NCBI GenBank assembly: GCA_951406725.2
Contig: OX597815.1
Coordinates: 174,964,001-175,028,000 of the forward strand
Reading direction: 5' to 3'
Origin: Octopus vulgaris
Lineage: Eukaryota
DNA: 64,000 nt
Position numbers and translations under genes: made by a program. This document shows, piece after piece, positions 12,651 through 26,378 of this stretch; position 1 is the first letter of the stretch, and each line of letters starts with the position of its first letter. Below the pieces are notes generated by a model. It did no database searches and was not told the DNA's origin. It was given only the letters and a program-made list of their open reading frames with translations.

Positions 12651-13724
12651 CATTCAAACACAAATATATGCAGCCATCTTTTTTTAGTGCTGCACCAACT
12701 AATGGTGAAACCCATCTTGTGGAAGCCAGTAACATTTTGAATCATATCCAGTCTTAACGCATGTTTAATTTCTTTTCATTCTTTCTTTGCACAAAACGGC
12801 ATTTGTTTTACAGTCTGTCCTTTAGGTTTTATATCATGGTTGATTGACAATTTTAACAAAGTCTTTCAACTTACCAATGCCTTTGAATACTTCAGAGAAT
12901 TGATTAGTAATTAAATAGTTAAGGAGTCATTAAAAATCCACCCCAACTTAAACATCTTTTTAGGTTTTGCAATAATACCATTTGGTACCCTTGCCCCCAT
13001 CACATCATAACTCTGTAAAGGAATATTTTTACATACATATGTAAGCAAGGTTCACACACAACAGGTGAACCTATGTAGTTGCTGAGTGGTAACCAAGAGA
13101 TCATGAAACACCATTTGGAAGGTCTTCACGATGATTGGAAGATGATTTAGTTGAGCAATTTGGGTCAAGATGGAAAAGAATGGTGTAATCAAGACAGAAT
13201 TGGAAGTGCATTGCGACCAGTCATGCATAACGGCATCTAATGGTCTAATAGTGATACTGTGATGTTGTCACATACATTTATACATATGTAAACATGTTTT
13301 AATCCTGCTGAGTTTCTGGCAATGTTCCTCACTGAGTAGAGTTGGTGAACTGCATACTGGAAGACAACTGGGAGCAAGGCGCCACTTAGCTTTTGTTGAA
13401 GCCTGTCTCTAGGAGAAAGTCACTCTGATATAAAACCAAATATGCAAGGAATGACATTGAACATTTTGGGGGTCTTCTGCTTGAGATTATGGTGTTCCCA
13501 CATTCTTGAGTCTATGACACATATTGGCACTGGATATCTTGCCCTGGCTTGATTCTCAATCATGTCCATTGGGTGGAAAGGGTGTCTGAGCTGCTGTGCA
13601 AGCCTTATTGGACCTAAAATTTTAGATTGTATAATCGCCAGCAAGGCAAGTATCTGATGTCTGGCTGAGTAGGAGGACACGTTGCTGAGTATGGGAGCTA
13701 CAGACACAAACCTGGGTGAAGCTG

Positions 13725-13889
13725 CACTAGCATAGCTAGAGTATGTACTGCCCGGGGCAGCCTTTCCACTTGCCACCCCTAGACCCCACAAAAAACACAT
13801 ATTGCCTACAATGGAATGAAAAGTGCTATCCCTTTAAAAGTGCCACCCAGGGTGGATCACCCCTATGCCACCTCCTAGCTATGCTAGTG
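13725..13889. mobile_element. hAT-type MITE
   Basis: 15-bp TIR CACTAGCATAGCTAG / CTAGCTATGCTAGTG; 8-bp TSD TGAAGCTG. Confidence 0.88.
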
Positions 13890-15134
13890 TGAAGCTGACT
13901 GCAACAACTTCATGTATGGGTATTGCTGGCATTTTACATAGCCAGTGATGATCTGCCTTAGTTACAAGTGGACAACCATCATCATCATTGTCATCACTAT
14001 GTATGTAAATGAATATTTTTAAATGACATTTTGTGCAGATATGTTATAGAGGATCTAAATTATGTTGTGTTCCCTTTCCAAATGCAGAATTCTGAAGTAA
14101 AAAATGGAGGAAAAATGTACTTTGGAAATTGGTTAACATGCAGTTTAAGGGTTTAAAACAAAAATTGAAATTGTACTTTAGGTTAGTCAAAATAGGTTTA
14201 TAACATATTTTAACTTCTAAAGGCAAATGCACTGTAGTTAATGTGGATAAAAAATTTTCTCTTATGGTAAAAGGTGTAGATGCATTCCCTCCTAACAAAT
14301 TTCTATGTGCATTTCTGGCTCTTCAGCCTTGCTGAATAGGAAATACCATTGACGTCAATGACTAAATTGCGCTCATGGACCAACTGGTCAAAATAAAAAG
14401 AGCAGCATCAGTACCAAGCAGTGATGAGCAATAAATGAACAGTTCTTTATTCCTCATCATGGTAACTTACATCTTTGAAAATGAACACCTTCAAAATTTC
14501 ATTAAAAAATATGCATTTTTTCCAAAAGTATTGAGGAAACAAGGTCAGTTGTGAGACACTGACATTAGATTTACCTGTTTTAAGATCTTCCTTTATAATG
14601 CATAGCTTAGGTCAGTCAGCCTTGACTGGGTCAACCTATGATCCAAGATATTCCAGTCATGACCAGCTTGTCTTTTTATGGTTATATAAGACTGCATTAC
14701 CTAAAGTTTTCTTATTCAAAACAGAATCTGTAATTTGAGGTATATTTGGCTGCTATTTCTTTTTTCTGATGTAAAACACAACAAATGTAGAGTACACAGA
14801 TTAATATTTTGTTTGGAATTGTCTATTTCTAATTTACCTTTTAATACTTCCTGCCTTAATTATGGTAATATTAATATAAAAACTGTAATGTTTCAGTCTC
14901 TAACTTCTAATTGAAATAATTTCTGATTTAGGTACAACTTGTAAGGCATGATATTAGTGTAATATAACTGATTCCCACCTACTCCTACTCTCAACCAGTT
15001 CTATTCATATAACCTGATGATAAAGATGAATGACAAACTCTATCCTCACAATGGAACCAAATGCCACAAAGTGCTCCTCTACCAATTCAGCCATGCTCAA
15101 GTCATTTAAGAAATTCATTTTGCCATAATAGCAT

Positions 15135-15815
15135 GAACATACATGGCTTAGTGGTTAATGGTGTTGCACTTATGGTTGCCAAATCATGGGTTTGATTCCC
15201 AGTCCGGACAGCATTGTGTTCTTGAGGAAAACACTTCATTTCGCATTACACTATTGCTCTGTGGGGATTGGCATGTTAAAGAACAGGCCCAGTGTTTCCT
15301 CTGAATTTTGTAAAAGGCGACTAAAAGAGGTTGAGGTAGGGCTTGCACTCCGACCCCATAAAACTCTCACTAGCAATGACTACCTAAACAAACCCATGGG
15401 TTAGAGAGTTGTTGCCTGAGTGGCCAAAGGTGTCATCCTCCAGAAGGGACTCACCAACAAATGGTGGATGTAGCAGCATGCTGTTACAGTGCATGCCGCT
15501 ATACTACAACCATTATTGGAGGTGCAATGGCCCAGTGATTAGGGCAGTGGACTCACGGTTGGAGGATCGCAGTTTCGATTCCCAGACCGGGCGTTGTGTG
15601 TGTTTATTGAGTAAAAACACCTAAAAGCTCCACGAGGCTCCAGAAGGGGGCGGTGGCGACCCCTGTTGTACTCTTTCACCCCAACTTTCTCTCACTCTCT
15701 CTTCCTGATTCTTGAGTAAGGCTGCGATGGACTGGCATCTCGTCCAGCTAGGGGGAACACATACACCACAGAAACCGGGCCCATGAGTCTGGCTAGGCTT
15801 GAAAAGGGTGACGTT
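15135..15815 (+). mobile_element. Two adjacent tRNA-derived SINEs
   Basis: A-box (TGGCTTAGTGG; TGGCCCAGTGA) and B-box (GGTTTGATTCC; AGTTTCGATTCC) heads at ~15144 and ~15528. Confidence 0.7.
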
Positions 15816-16314
15816 TATCATTTTTTTTATACCAGTAGATGTAAATGAAGTAGTTCTAATTAACACAATTCTGTGAAGTTGCTTATTGATGTATGTTGCA
15901 TTGTTGAAAACCATCATCCTGTGTTCTGGCTGGCTGCACATATAATAAATGAAGCACCTCATTAACTTTTAACATATTTTTTGCTGAACACGATTTAATG
16001 CAAAGGCTGTTTACAAATGAAAGATGCAAATAATATAACTGTTGACTGGGAGGAGAGCACCATGGTGTGTCTTGTAGAAAGCTGGCTGTAGTACATCATG
16101 TGTGAATGTCAAAAAATTGTTTCTTGCTCAAGGTGGTCTGGTCAATGGCACTTGGAGTAGCGCTTCAGCTTGCCAGTTCCTGTCAAACCATGCAACCCAT
16201 ACCAGCAGGGAAGATGGATGTTAAATTAAATATGATTATAATGAACTGAATAATTAATATTTATAATTTTAGACTGGGTAGTTGTTAAGTACATTATATA
16301 AAATTATAAACATT

Positions 16315-16725
16315 GGTGTAGGAATGGCTGTGTGGTAAGTAGCTTGTTTACCAACCACATGATTCCGGGTTCTGGGTTCAGTCCCACAGTGTGGTACCTT
16401 GGGCAAGTGTCTTCTACTATAGCCTCAGGCCGAGCAAAGCCTTGTGAGTGGATTTGGTAGACGGAAACTGAAAGAAGCCTGTCGTATACATGTATATATA
16501 TATATATGTGTGTGTGTGTATGTTTGTGTGTCTGTGTTTGTCCCCCTAGCATTGCTTGACAACCGATGCTGGTGTGTTTATGTCCCCGTCACTTAGCGGT
16601 TCGGCAAAAGAGACCGATAGAATAAGTACTGGGCTTACGAAGAATAAGTCCCGGGGTTGAGTTGCTCGATTAAAGGCGGTGTTCCAGCATGGCTGCAGTC
16701 AAAATGACTGAAACAAGTAAAAAGA
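16315..16725 (+). mobile_element. tRNA-derived SINE with internal (TA)n(TG)n
   Basis: TGGCTGTGTGG A-box, GGTTCAGTCC B-box; same family as 60120-60531, 43100-43465 and 47075-47225. Confidence 0.85.
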
Positions 16726-17599
16726 GAAAGAGATTGTAGCTGCTCTATGGAATCCATTTGATAGACAAAGTAAGTCAGTGAGATATCCTCTCATTGATAG
16801 AGACTGGCAGCCATCCAGCAAGGACTGCTTCACTGTCGTTTGTCAGATTTAACATGTTTAACGACTGATATGTCGACTTCTATAATTATGTCAGTTTACA
16901 AATACTTCCATGTTCAAATTTCTTGCAACAAAAACTTGTTTCACTCATAGCAAGTGAAAAGTTTTCTAATTTTTCTCACAAACTAATAAGAAAAAGAACA
17001 AAAGAGTGATTTTGACCACTGCTAACACAAACCAGTGATTGTCCACTCTTCTTGTAACAGCAGTCAAATCTCCTTCAACTCCAGCTGTCTAATGATATAG
17101 TAATGGATGCATAATGCCTAAAATGGCCATCATAGAAGGATTGGCTACCACCACCACCACCTATTTACTGTATAAAAATCAAATGCTTTGTTAGCTTGCA
17201 ATGCTGCATATACAAGTGTTGCAATATATGCAACTGGGAATAGAATCAACTGAACAAGTCGATCCAATATTGATAAGCTAGTTAGTGTGTAATAATGGCC
17301 AATACTAAATAAACACTGCAACAGGTTAAATAAGTTGAGACCTTCGATGTCTGATACACTGAAGTAACAAATAATACATTTAAGAAAACTAACATTATTA
17401 TATTGTTTTGCTGATGAGATCCAAATATGCCCAAAGCCATCTCTTATAGACTATTATCATCATAGTAGAAGTCAGTGTTTAATGCTCAAAGAACCAAATA
17501 CAAATGGCAAAAGGCATGTGATACTGAATTAAGACAAATTTATTCAATATTTTAAGTTTGATAAATCTTAAACTTAAAAGAGAAGAAACAGTTTGTGGA

Positions 17600-20500
17600 G
17601 CATTCATTGCTTTATTTATTTACATTAAATTAAGTAAACCATAACAAGAATATTTTCTTTGCTGTACTGTACTCACAGATGAGGACTGACTGTGACTCTG
17701 CCCAACAGGACCCCAGAATATACCAGCAAATGGTGAATGCTGCCACACTGCATGACACATGCCTCCATAACACACCTGACCCTTGCATTAAGTAATCAAC
17801 AACACCACACCATTTATGAGACATGTTTATTAACAAATAAATTACATGAAATATTAAACCATCATTTCTACCAAAGTACATTAGTTAAAGAGGTAAAAAG
17901 AGAGAGAAAATATTGCAGACATTTTCTGGAACACAGTAAATATCTTTTTAAGACATTAGCTTAAAAGGAAGAGAAAAATCCATAAATTCTTCATATTTGA
18001 AGTGTTAGTGTGTTACTGAGATAAACTTCAAATTCAGATGGTTGGAGATTTTATAATAACCATTCTCAACTCATGATTCCTGTGTTTAGAATAACTTTAG
18101 TATTAAAAGAAATTATTGCCAGTTAATATATTTATTTTTTTAGGCACAAGTCTACACATTAAAGTATGGAAATGGTATTGTGTGGAGTTTCTCAAAAATT
18201 GAAAAGTCATTTCAGTCAATTAGTTTCAAGCATCAAAATGATTCTCAACTTGCCAACAGCTTTGTTCATTCTTTCAGGCACTCACCTGTCTTGATCAATA
18301 GATTACTTTTTGGATTAGGCATAAGACCTTGTTTGTTTGTTTTGTTAAAGATGAATCTCCACCAATATTACAGGGAGATATACTTCAGTCCCACTCTTTA
18401 AGATCTAAGTTTACAGAAACTAGCGCTATCATTTCTGTTAGTTCACTGCGCCTTGTTATAAACCAAATTAACAAAATTTATTAAATTTAAAAGTAAATGT
18501 AGGAAGATCAGTAAATCACCTTTAGCTACTACACAAACATTTTTTTAAAAATATAAATCTATCTGAAAAGTGTCTCCTAGATTCAAATTGGAATCATCAA
18601 CAGAATACTTAAAGTTCTCTCATTTGATGTTTTTGTCTTTTTACAAACTAAGTTAAAATTATGTAGTTATGAATAGATATATGTTGTGGAGTTCATACCT
18701 TTTCTAAAGGTATTTTAAGTGCAGCTACTCTGCATTGGAATCAAAATCCTACAGCAGAGAGCATTTATTTGCAACAAGATGTTCTAAACTGCTCAAGTAA
18801 ACAGCAGTTAAATGCAACAAGATTTGAGATCAACACAATTCCTAATAACATAAACAGTGTAATTGGCAGTGGTTTTGAAAATATTTGTGATTGAGATCAA
18901 TATCAATGGGATGAAAAATAAACCCAACCTACAGTCAAATTACAAAATTTTCTAAATATTTTTAAAAATAAGGGCTAAAGTGGAAAAAAAAAAGATGGGG
19001 AGCTGAACATTTTATGAGAGGACAGAAAACTGGACAATTCTGCAAATGGACAAAAACAATTTCTTTCTTATGAAACAGGAAAAAAAAATGTAGGTTTACA
19101 TTTTGAAGTAGAGCAGAATAAGGTGAGAGCTGAGAGAAGGGAAAAAAAAAACATTCCACTAATTAAATTTGATATTTTTAAGAAAAAATTTAGATGAATA
19201 ATCTGTTATAAAAAGGAAGACAAGAACTTGAAATTAGTTTTTATTTTCACAATCCCCTAACTATTGAGTACTGGTCCCTTAAAATAACTCGTCATAAGCA
19301 CTAACATATCTGAGATCACATCCAATTCTTTGGTTCAAAATTATCAAAACTATCCATTTTGAAATGAGAAAATCTAACTGAAAACCTTTCCATCCTATGC
19401 CAATTATGAAGCTGTCATGTTCTATATAATGTTTCTAATTTAGGTAGAAGGTCAGAAATTTGGAGGAAGGATTTAAATTGGACGAATCCAGAATTTGACT
19501 GGTACTCGTCTCTGGCAGGATGAAAGGTAAGGCTGAATGGAGTTAGTTATTAGACTAAATGCTTCCAACTTATTTTCAAATAACTGAAAGACAGCCAGTA
19601 TATTTCATTAGAAAACATGCAAACTAAAATCTGTATTACAATCTGGTCTTACATGTACAAACATTTCCCATTATTGTACATTAATCATTGAATTTGTTAA
19701 CACAATATTATTATCAATTAATGGTAGCAGGAATTTTTTTTTTTAATGTAAATTATAGTTCACACACAAAAAAAATCTTATACAACATATCAACAGTCTA
19801 ATCTGAAATTTTAAAAAAAGGTATTTTACTACATTATAGTTGGTTGTTTTAGGAAGTTAAAATCTGAGATAATACGAAAGTGGAAACATCAACATTATCA
19901 TCGTTGTTTAACGTCCACTTTCCATGCTGGCATGGGTTGGACGGTTTGACTGAGGGCTGGCAAGCCAGAAGGCCGCACCAGGCTCCAATCTGATTTGGCA
20001 GAGTTTCTACAACTGGATGCCCTTCCTAACATCAAAGAAAATGGAAAATTTTAATCAAAATGGAATGTATTGCTTGCTCCACTGAAAAATTACTGGAATT
20101 CAATACAACTATTTAAGAACTAAATGGAGTTTTCTCTGACAATGCTAATGATTACTTTTGAGATCCTGAGCCAGGTTTCATAAGTGAAGATTTGAGTGAA
20201 TCACCCCAAGTGTATTACTGATTGTTATTTATGAAAACATGGAGGGAGGAAAGATAAAGTTAACTGGCAGGAATTGAACTTGATACATAGAGAGCTGAAG
20301 CAAGACACAAAATGTAAACCAGGAACAGGTACCTTGTCATTCAACCATTTCTGGAAAATTATCACCAACTTCCAATATGAAACATTTTAAAAGTGACCCA
20401 GAAGGTTATCATATTTGTATGAAAAGAAATAGGAAAAAAGCAAACAAAATACTTTGATAAATGCTAAATTTAAAGTTTGTAAGAAATAGAAAAAACAAAT

Positions 20501-21241
20501 TTTAGGCTTTAGGATAAAAACCAAAGGAAAATATAAACTTTATTAGGTTTGCTACAATTAATATGAGAACAGAAGTGATGTAAAAATGATGCCGAATTAT
20601 TTAACTTTAAATAGGTCAAAACATTAGCAACCATCCTGCCAAAACAAAAGATCAAGGAGATCCATAAAAAAAAAAAAGCTCTTATTCTTTATAAGAATAT
20701 TAGAATATCTGCAATTTGAATGAAATGACATGTTTGGGACATAAATATCCAGAACATGCTACTATATTGGTTTACATTTTTAGGCACAATTTTTACAAAC
20801 TAAATTTAAATAAACTGCATTTAATTTATAAAATAATGCTGCAGTTAATCTTATAAAAAGTTCAGCATACTAAATATTCCACCCACATACTTACACAACA
20901 CTTTTAAAACTATATTTATTTCATATTTTCCTGTTTTTATAAAATGACATGCAAAGTAGCTTATAATGTGCAGATCAGCCTCTTTCTGCAGCCACAATAT
21001 GCCATGGATACCTGTGCAATACTGTGTGAGAGAGAGAGAGAGAGAGAGAACAGAATATAAGAACTAAAATAAAGTGAAAAAAATGCTAAGTCATGAGTTG
21101 CATTTTCATTTTCTCGGAAAAAATAGTTTCTAACAAGATATTAAAGAAAGATTAGAGTTATAAGTTTTTTTTTCTTCTTAAAGAGAACTTTTGATTACAT
21201 CTACAGTAGTGAATAAATGGCAGTGATTAAACAGAGAGTGA

Positions 21242-21287
<46 letters not shown>

Positions 21288-21851
21288 TACATACATAGAT
21301 GTAAACTTTCTACTCTATGTATATAATGTAAAGTTAAGGAATCTTTATTCCAAAATTGGAGTAATTGGAAGTGGAAAACTGGAAACAAAAATATACAGCA
21401 ATTTTGGAAATATCATCCTCTTATCTTACTTTGCTTCTATTTTGAATATGTGTGAGTGTGTGTTTGTGTGTGTAAGTCAAAGAATATTTTACTAAAACAG
21501 TTAAAAAAAAAGAATGAAAATAAAGTCTCCATCAATTGCAAAATAAATTCAATATATTGATATGAAGTGGCAGGGTTGAAACTGGATTATTTCATTGATG
21601 TCTAAAATCTACCCCAAAACTACAAACACACCCACCCACCCACCCATCTTGTTTTATTCCTTTTGTAAATCAATTCCAACTAGTTGCCTTTTTGTTACTG
21701 GAAACAAAATCAACCAAATACAGTTCACTGTTTTGGCGTTTTTCTTCTTTGTCTTTCAGACCATATTTGTTAAAACATCCAAACATCAACCCCAAGTTAC
21801 AAAGCTGCCAAAAGTAATATGGAGAACAGGTTAAACGGACATCAGCTTATG
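17600..21851 (-). other. PAIP2: Probable long 3'UTR of PAIP2
   Basis: Repeat-poor, U-rich (minus strand) stretch after the stop; overlapping AATAAA signals at 17611-17620 followed by a GU/U-rich element; end is inferred. Confidence 0.5.
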
Positions 21852-21911
21852 CTAAAAGCCAGTGGAAGGAATAAACTCTGGAGCATTTGGATTTAGCCGA
21901 CTATTTGCAAT
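21852..21911 (-). CDS. PAIP2: PABP-interacting protein 2, last coding exon (IANSRLNPNAPEFIPSTGF*)
   Basis: Classic PAM2 motif SxLNPNAxEFxP; acceptor tatttCAG; stop TAG. Confidence 0.95.
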   Translation of the reverse strand: MANSRLNPNAPEFIPSTGF

Positions 21912-22299
21912 CTGAAATATAAGAAATAAAATAAAGTAAATGAAAAAATACAAAAATTATAAAAATATCACAAAAAGAAAACCAAATCAAAAATAGAAGT
22001 TTTGGGAGTTTTTTGTCAAAAAGTCAAAACATATACTTGTGTTAGCATAGTTTTTGTGTATATACAGTTGAATTAGTAATTTAGGAATTTACAAACAAAG
22101 GAACAAGGCCAGTGATTTTGGGGGAGAGGTAAGTTGAGGCCCCAGTGCTCAACCGGTACTTATTTTATCAAACCCAAGAGGATGAAAGGCAAAGTTGACC
22201 CCCCCCCCCAAACCCCGCAGCATTTGAACTCAGAATGTAGAGTCAAGAAATATTGGCCAGTGTGGTCACAGTTCTGTCAGCTCACTACCTTATTTCTTT

Positions 22300-22520
22300 T
22301 AGTAATATTAATACTAAATATGGCATGCAGGAGAGGAGGATGCGTTGGTTTGGACACGTGATGTGTATGAGTGAAGACAGCTGTATACAGAAGTGCCTGG
22401 TACCTGTGAAAGAGGGAGATCCAGGAAGACAGGATGAAGTGGTAAGGACTGATCTTGGGATGTTGGGGCTCACAGAGGAAATGACAGTGGACCGAAATGT
22501 TTAGAGATATGAGGTTCTAA
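22300..22520 (+). mobile_element. RTE LINE C-terminal fragment
   Basis: QERRMRWFGHV...DEVV..DL..LGLTEEM..DR motif. Confidence 0.7.
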
Positions 22521-23520
22521 GAAATCAAACTACACTTCTAAACTGCATCTTTCTTTTCCTCACATTTCCTCTTCATAAATTATGATTGTTTTCCAATCCC
22601 CTTTCTTGCCCTGCTCACTGTATCACTGCTCCCCACACCCCCAATTCTCACACACTGTTTTTCTAACCAGGTTCTACACTCATATTCCTGTGAGTATACC
22701 ACAGCAATACACCATCTCTCTTCTGCTCTCTCCCCCACTTTTGCGGTTTCCTACTCTCTCTATCTCTTTCCTTCTCATTTTTCTTGTCTAGGTAACCAAG
22801 TATCTCCTTTACATCAGCACACTTGTTTCTGGCCCCTTTCTTGTACCTCTCTCTCTCTCACTGGGTAACTGTGTACCTCCTCTATAGCAAGACACCTAGT
22901 TCTGCCTCTCTATTTCCCTGTTGCACTCTAACCTTTCATCACCCCCTTTAATGCCCCCTCTGTTGTGGAAAGACACCTGCTTCTGTCTCTCTGTCCCTTT
23001 CTAACACTCTAACCGTTCATCCTATGATACACGTTCTGCCCTTCAAATGCCTCTGCCCCTCTCATAATTACTTGTTTTGTGAGTTACTTGGTTACCCTGC
23101 CAGTGCTGCTGCCATGTTAAAAGCATCCAGACCACACTGTAACATGGTTGGCGTTTGGAAGGGCATCCAGCTGTAAAAAATCATACTAAAACTAACCTTG
23201 CCTGTGCTAGTGCCAAATAAAAAGCACTGAGTCCACTCTATGGAGTGGTTGATGTTAGGAAGGGCTTCCAGTCATAAAATCCCTGCCAAAACAAACACAG
23301 TAGCCTTGGGTGGTCTTTCTACCTGGCCGGCTCCTGTCAGCCGTCCTACTCATGCATGCATAGAAGATGGTCGTTAAACAATGATGATGATGTTATTGAT
23401 TCACTTCCTGCCCTGAAACTGCTGGTCTTGTACCAGAATTTGAAACCATTATTAGTACTCCATCTAAGAAGTTCAGGCAAATGATCAGACTATCAAATAG
23501 ATTTCTTTTAAGAGAAATAC

Positions 23521-23655
23521 CTGTTCTTTTGTGAGTGGAGTCGATAAATGAATGTCATTGAATCTTTCTGTAAGACAACTGTTTGATAATGAACTGGGTT
23601 GTTGCTTCTCATTTAACATTTCTTCATAGGCTTCTTGCAGGCGATTCCATTCCAA
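23521..23655 (-). CDS. PAIP2: PAIP2 middle exon copy B (LEWNRLQEAYEEMLNEKQQPSSLSNSCLTERFNDIHLSTPLTKEQ)
   Basis: 135 nt, phase 0-0, ttttCAG / GTATTT; resembles PAIP2 'CFQEMLEEE...DQFNDL'. Confidence 0.85.
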
Positions 23656-24258
23656 CTGAAAACCAAACATGCTATGATTATTAGCCACAGACAAAATATC
23701 AAACACAGACATTTCAATTCTGATAAAGAAACAAAACTTTATTAAGATTGTCAAAGAAGCTCTAAGTTAGCCCTGATTAGGTTGACTTCTGATCAAAGGC
23801 TCTTTAATTCAGATCTAGTTTATCTATATACTCCTAAAGCTCTCTGATTGCTTGCTTGTCTGTCATTTAATACAGCCAAACTGGCACGTAATAGGAAAAT
23901 ACTATGAATTAAGGTAACCCTGAGAAGTGAATACAAATGGAATAAAACAATTGGACCATGGATTCATGAGATATTGGGGCGGGAGAGTGTTCATTAAATA
24001 CCTAAAACAGTGCATAATGGGAAAATACTCCGAAAATAATATAACCCTGAAAGGGAAGAAACTTTAACCTTTTGATTAGAGACATTATGATCAATGCCTT
24101 CTGTCTTTTGAAGACAAACTTCATGACCTGGACAAAGGTGTTAGTGACTTTAATTTGCCAATGAAAAAATACGAGTTGTTTTACAGTAAATGTTTCTATT
24201 TTTGCTTTTGTTAAACACAATATTTTAATCATTTAGAAACATTTTAAAGTGAATGTGA

Positions 24259-25311
24259 GGTAAATATTTCATAAAGGACCCGTTCATACCTCGGTGTGAA
24301 ATAATTTTTTTCCACAGGTTTTTGTGAGTGCATTCAATATATCTGACCTCCAACCTTGGAGTTTCCTGGGAAACTCAAAGTTTCCCAGCAACTGAGTTTT
24401 GTTTCACAGGTTTCTTTTTTTCTTTTCCAGGTTATTTTGCATGCTTGCAAAGAATGTGACATCAAAATCATGCATAATCAGCTCCTTTCTCCAGGAAAGG
24501 AACAATTTGGCTGCTATTTCTAGCACGCCCTGCTACCATGTAAAAGCTGTTTATGTGGTAGCAAGGTATGCTATAAATAGCAGCCAAATCTTTCCTCTTT
24601 CTGAATAAAGGAGCCGTTTACATGTGATTTCAATGAAACATTCATTGAAAGTATGCGAAATAACCTGGAAAAGAAAAAAAAATTGCTAAACAAAACTCCT
24701 TTGGTGGAAAACTCAGAGGTATCCCATCCCCTTCCCCCTTTCTTTTCCAAAAGAAAGTGGCTTGCAGTGGGTTTGGAGGTGAGATATGTTGAATGCACTC
24801 GCAAAAACCTGTGGAAAAAATTATTTCACACTGGTGCCAGTGGAACTTTAAAAGCACATCCGAGCATGATCGTTGCCAGGGCCACGGATTGGCTCCCGTG
24901 CCGGTGACACGTAAAAAGTACCATTTGAGCATGATTGTTGCCAGCATTGCCTTACTGGCACATGTGCTGGTGGCACGTGAAAAACAACATTCGAGCGTGG
25001 TCATTGCCAGTGCCACCCGACTGGCTCCCATGCAGGTAGCATGTAAAATCACCTTTCGAGCATGGCCGTTGCCAGTACCGCCTGACTGGTCCTCATGCTG
25101 GTGGCACAGAAAAGCACCCACTACATTCTCAGAGTGGTTGGCATTAGGAAGGGCATCCAGCTGTAGAAACTTTGCCAGACTAGATTGAGCCTGGTGCAGC
25201 CTCTGGCTCACCAGTCCTCAGTCAAACCGTCCAACTCATGCCGGCAGGGAAAGCTGATGTTAAATGATGATGATGATGAAATACAAACAGGTTCTTTACG
25301 AAATATTTACC
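24259..25311. mobile_element. Fully palindromic (foldback) MITE, right arm interrupted by an RTE-tail insertion (24834-25279)
   Basis: 24259-24540 is the reverse complement of 24545-24833 plus 25285-25311; termini GGTAAATATTTC / GAAATATTTACC; no TSD seen. Confidence 0.8.
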
Positions 25312-25802
25312 CAAGATCAGGAAAGGTATGCAAATAGAGGAATCAATGTGACTGATATAGCAAGGGCTGAGCATCTGGCAGAACAGAGAGAAAGAGACAG
25401 AGGCAGGAGATATTATGAATCGGATATTCATATGAATACAAGTTTCGTGTAAGTTGGACCACGGATTACCAAGATACATGATTCTTTTGGATCGCTCGAA
25501 CTATTGGTGACCCAACGAGTCGCGGGTAGTCTAGTTTACGATTACATTATCCAATCAGTCCTTCTAGTAAGGTTTCGTGTTAAATAGTTTGTTTGCTATT
25601 TCTAACAGAAGCTCCTTGATTGGCTCAATTATTAAAGTTGAAGGACAATGGAAATTCTTTGTAGTATTTATGTGTTTGGGGGTACCAGTGATATACTGTT
25701 CCCTTTATAAATCTGAACGATCTCGATGCGAGTTCATCTGGGGAGTGGCGCTTCCCCAAACCGAAGAAGAGGCAGTGCAGTTCCAAACCAGGCGGGAAAA
25801 TT

Positions 25803-26378
25803 ATGACCACTAAACCCATTCCGATCGACCCCACAGGCCGACATAAGTCCGATGGCTATGAAACCACCCTTTCGAAATCCTCCAATGAAGAATCGAATAC
25901 CACAGCTCATAGTAGAGAACATTTTGCCCACTCAAGATCAGCAATAATTTACGGTAAAGCTGAATCCACCCGTGATACAGGCATAAACCGCCTAAAAGAT
26001 GACAATTTTGTTTCCATTTTGGTTGGAGAATTGTTCTCTGTGAACGAAAAGGTCAGTGTCCTTAAGGTCGCTCGGCTAGGAAGATTCCAAGCGAACCCAA
26101 CCGCAGATACTAGACCACGCCCAATAAGGGTAATCTTTTCTTCAGATCGGGAGGCTTCAGTCTTTCTGAACAGAGCTCAGACGCATGCCTGGGAGGACCC
26201 CAATATGGGTTTTCGCGAGGAATACTCACTAAGAGAGAGAATTCGCCGGAGAAACCTGATATCCGAACTAAAGATGAGGAAACAAATGGGAGAGAAGGGT
26301 TTACGAATCCAAGATGGACTGATAATCAAGTCCTACCTCTGGTCCCATGCTGTAGTGCTGACAGGGAAAGTGATGTGA
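25803..26378 (+). CDS. LINE ORF1 protein (RRM-like)
   Basis: IIYG..ES, RLGR, RPRPIRVIF and ERIRRR..ELK.R motifs typical of CR1/L2 ORF1. Confidence 0.75.
   Translation: MTTKPIPIDPTGRHKSDGYETTLSKSSNEESNTTAHSREHFAHSRSAIIYGKAESTRDTGINRLKDDNFVSILVGELFSVNEKVSVLKVARLGRFQANPTADTRPRPIRVIFSSDREASVFLNRAQTHAWEDPNMGFREEYSLRERIRRRNLISELKMRKQMGEKGLRIQDGLIIKSYLWSHAVVLTGKVM

Noticed and set aside
15135-15210. tRNA gene
   Set aside because: A/B boxes without a cloverleaf; it is a SINE head
24834-25120. CRISPR-like array of ~65-bp units
   Set aside because: Eukaryotic context, no unique spacers or cas genes; the units are RTE 3'UTR repeats
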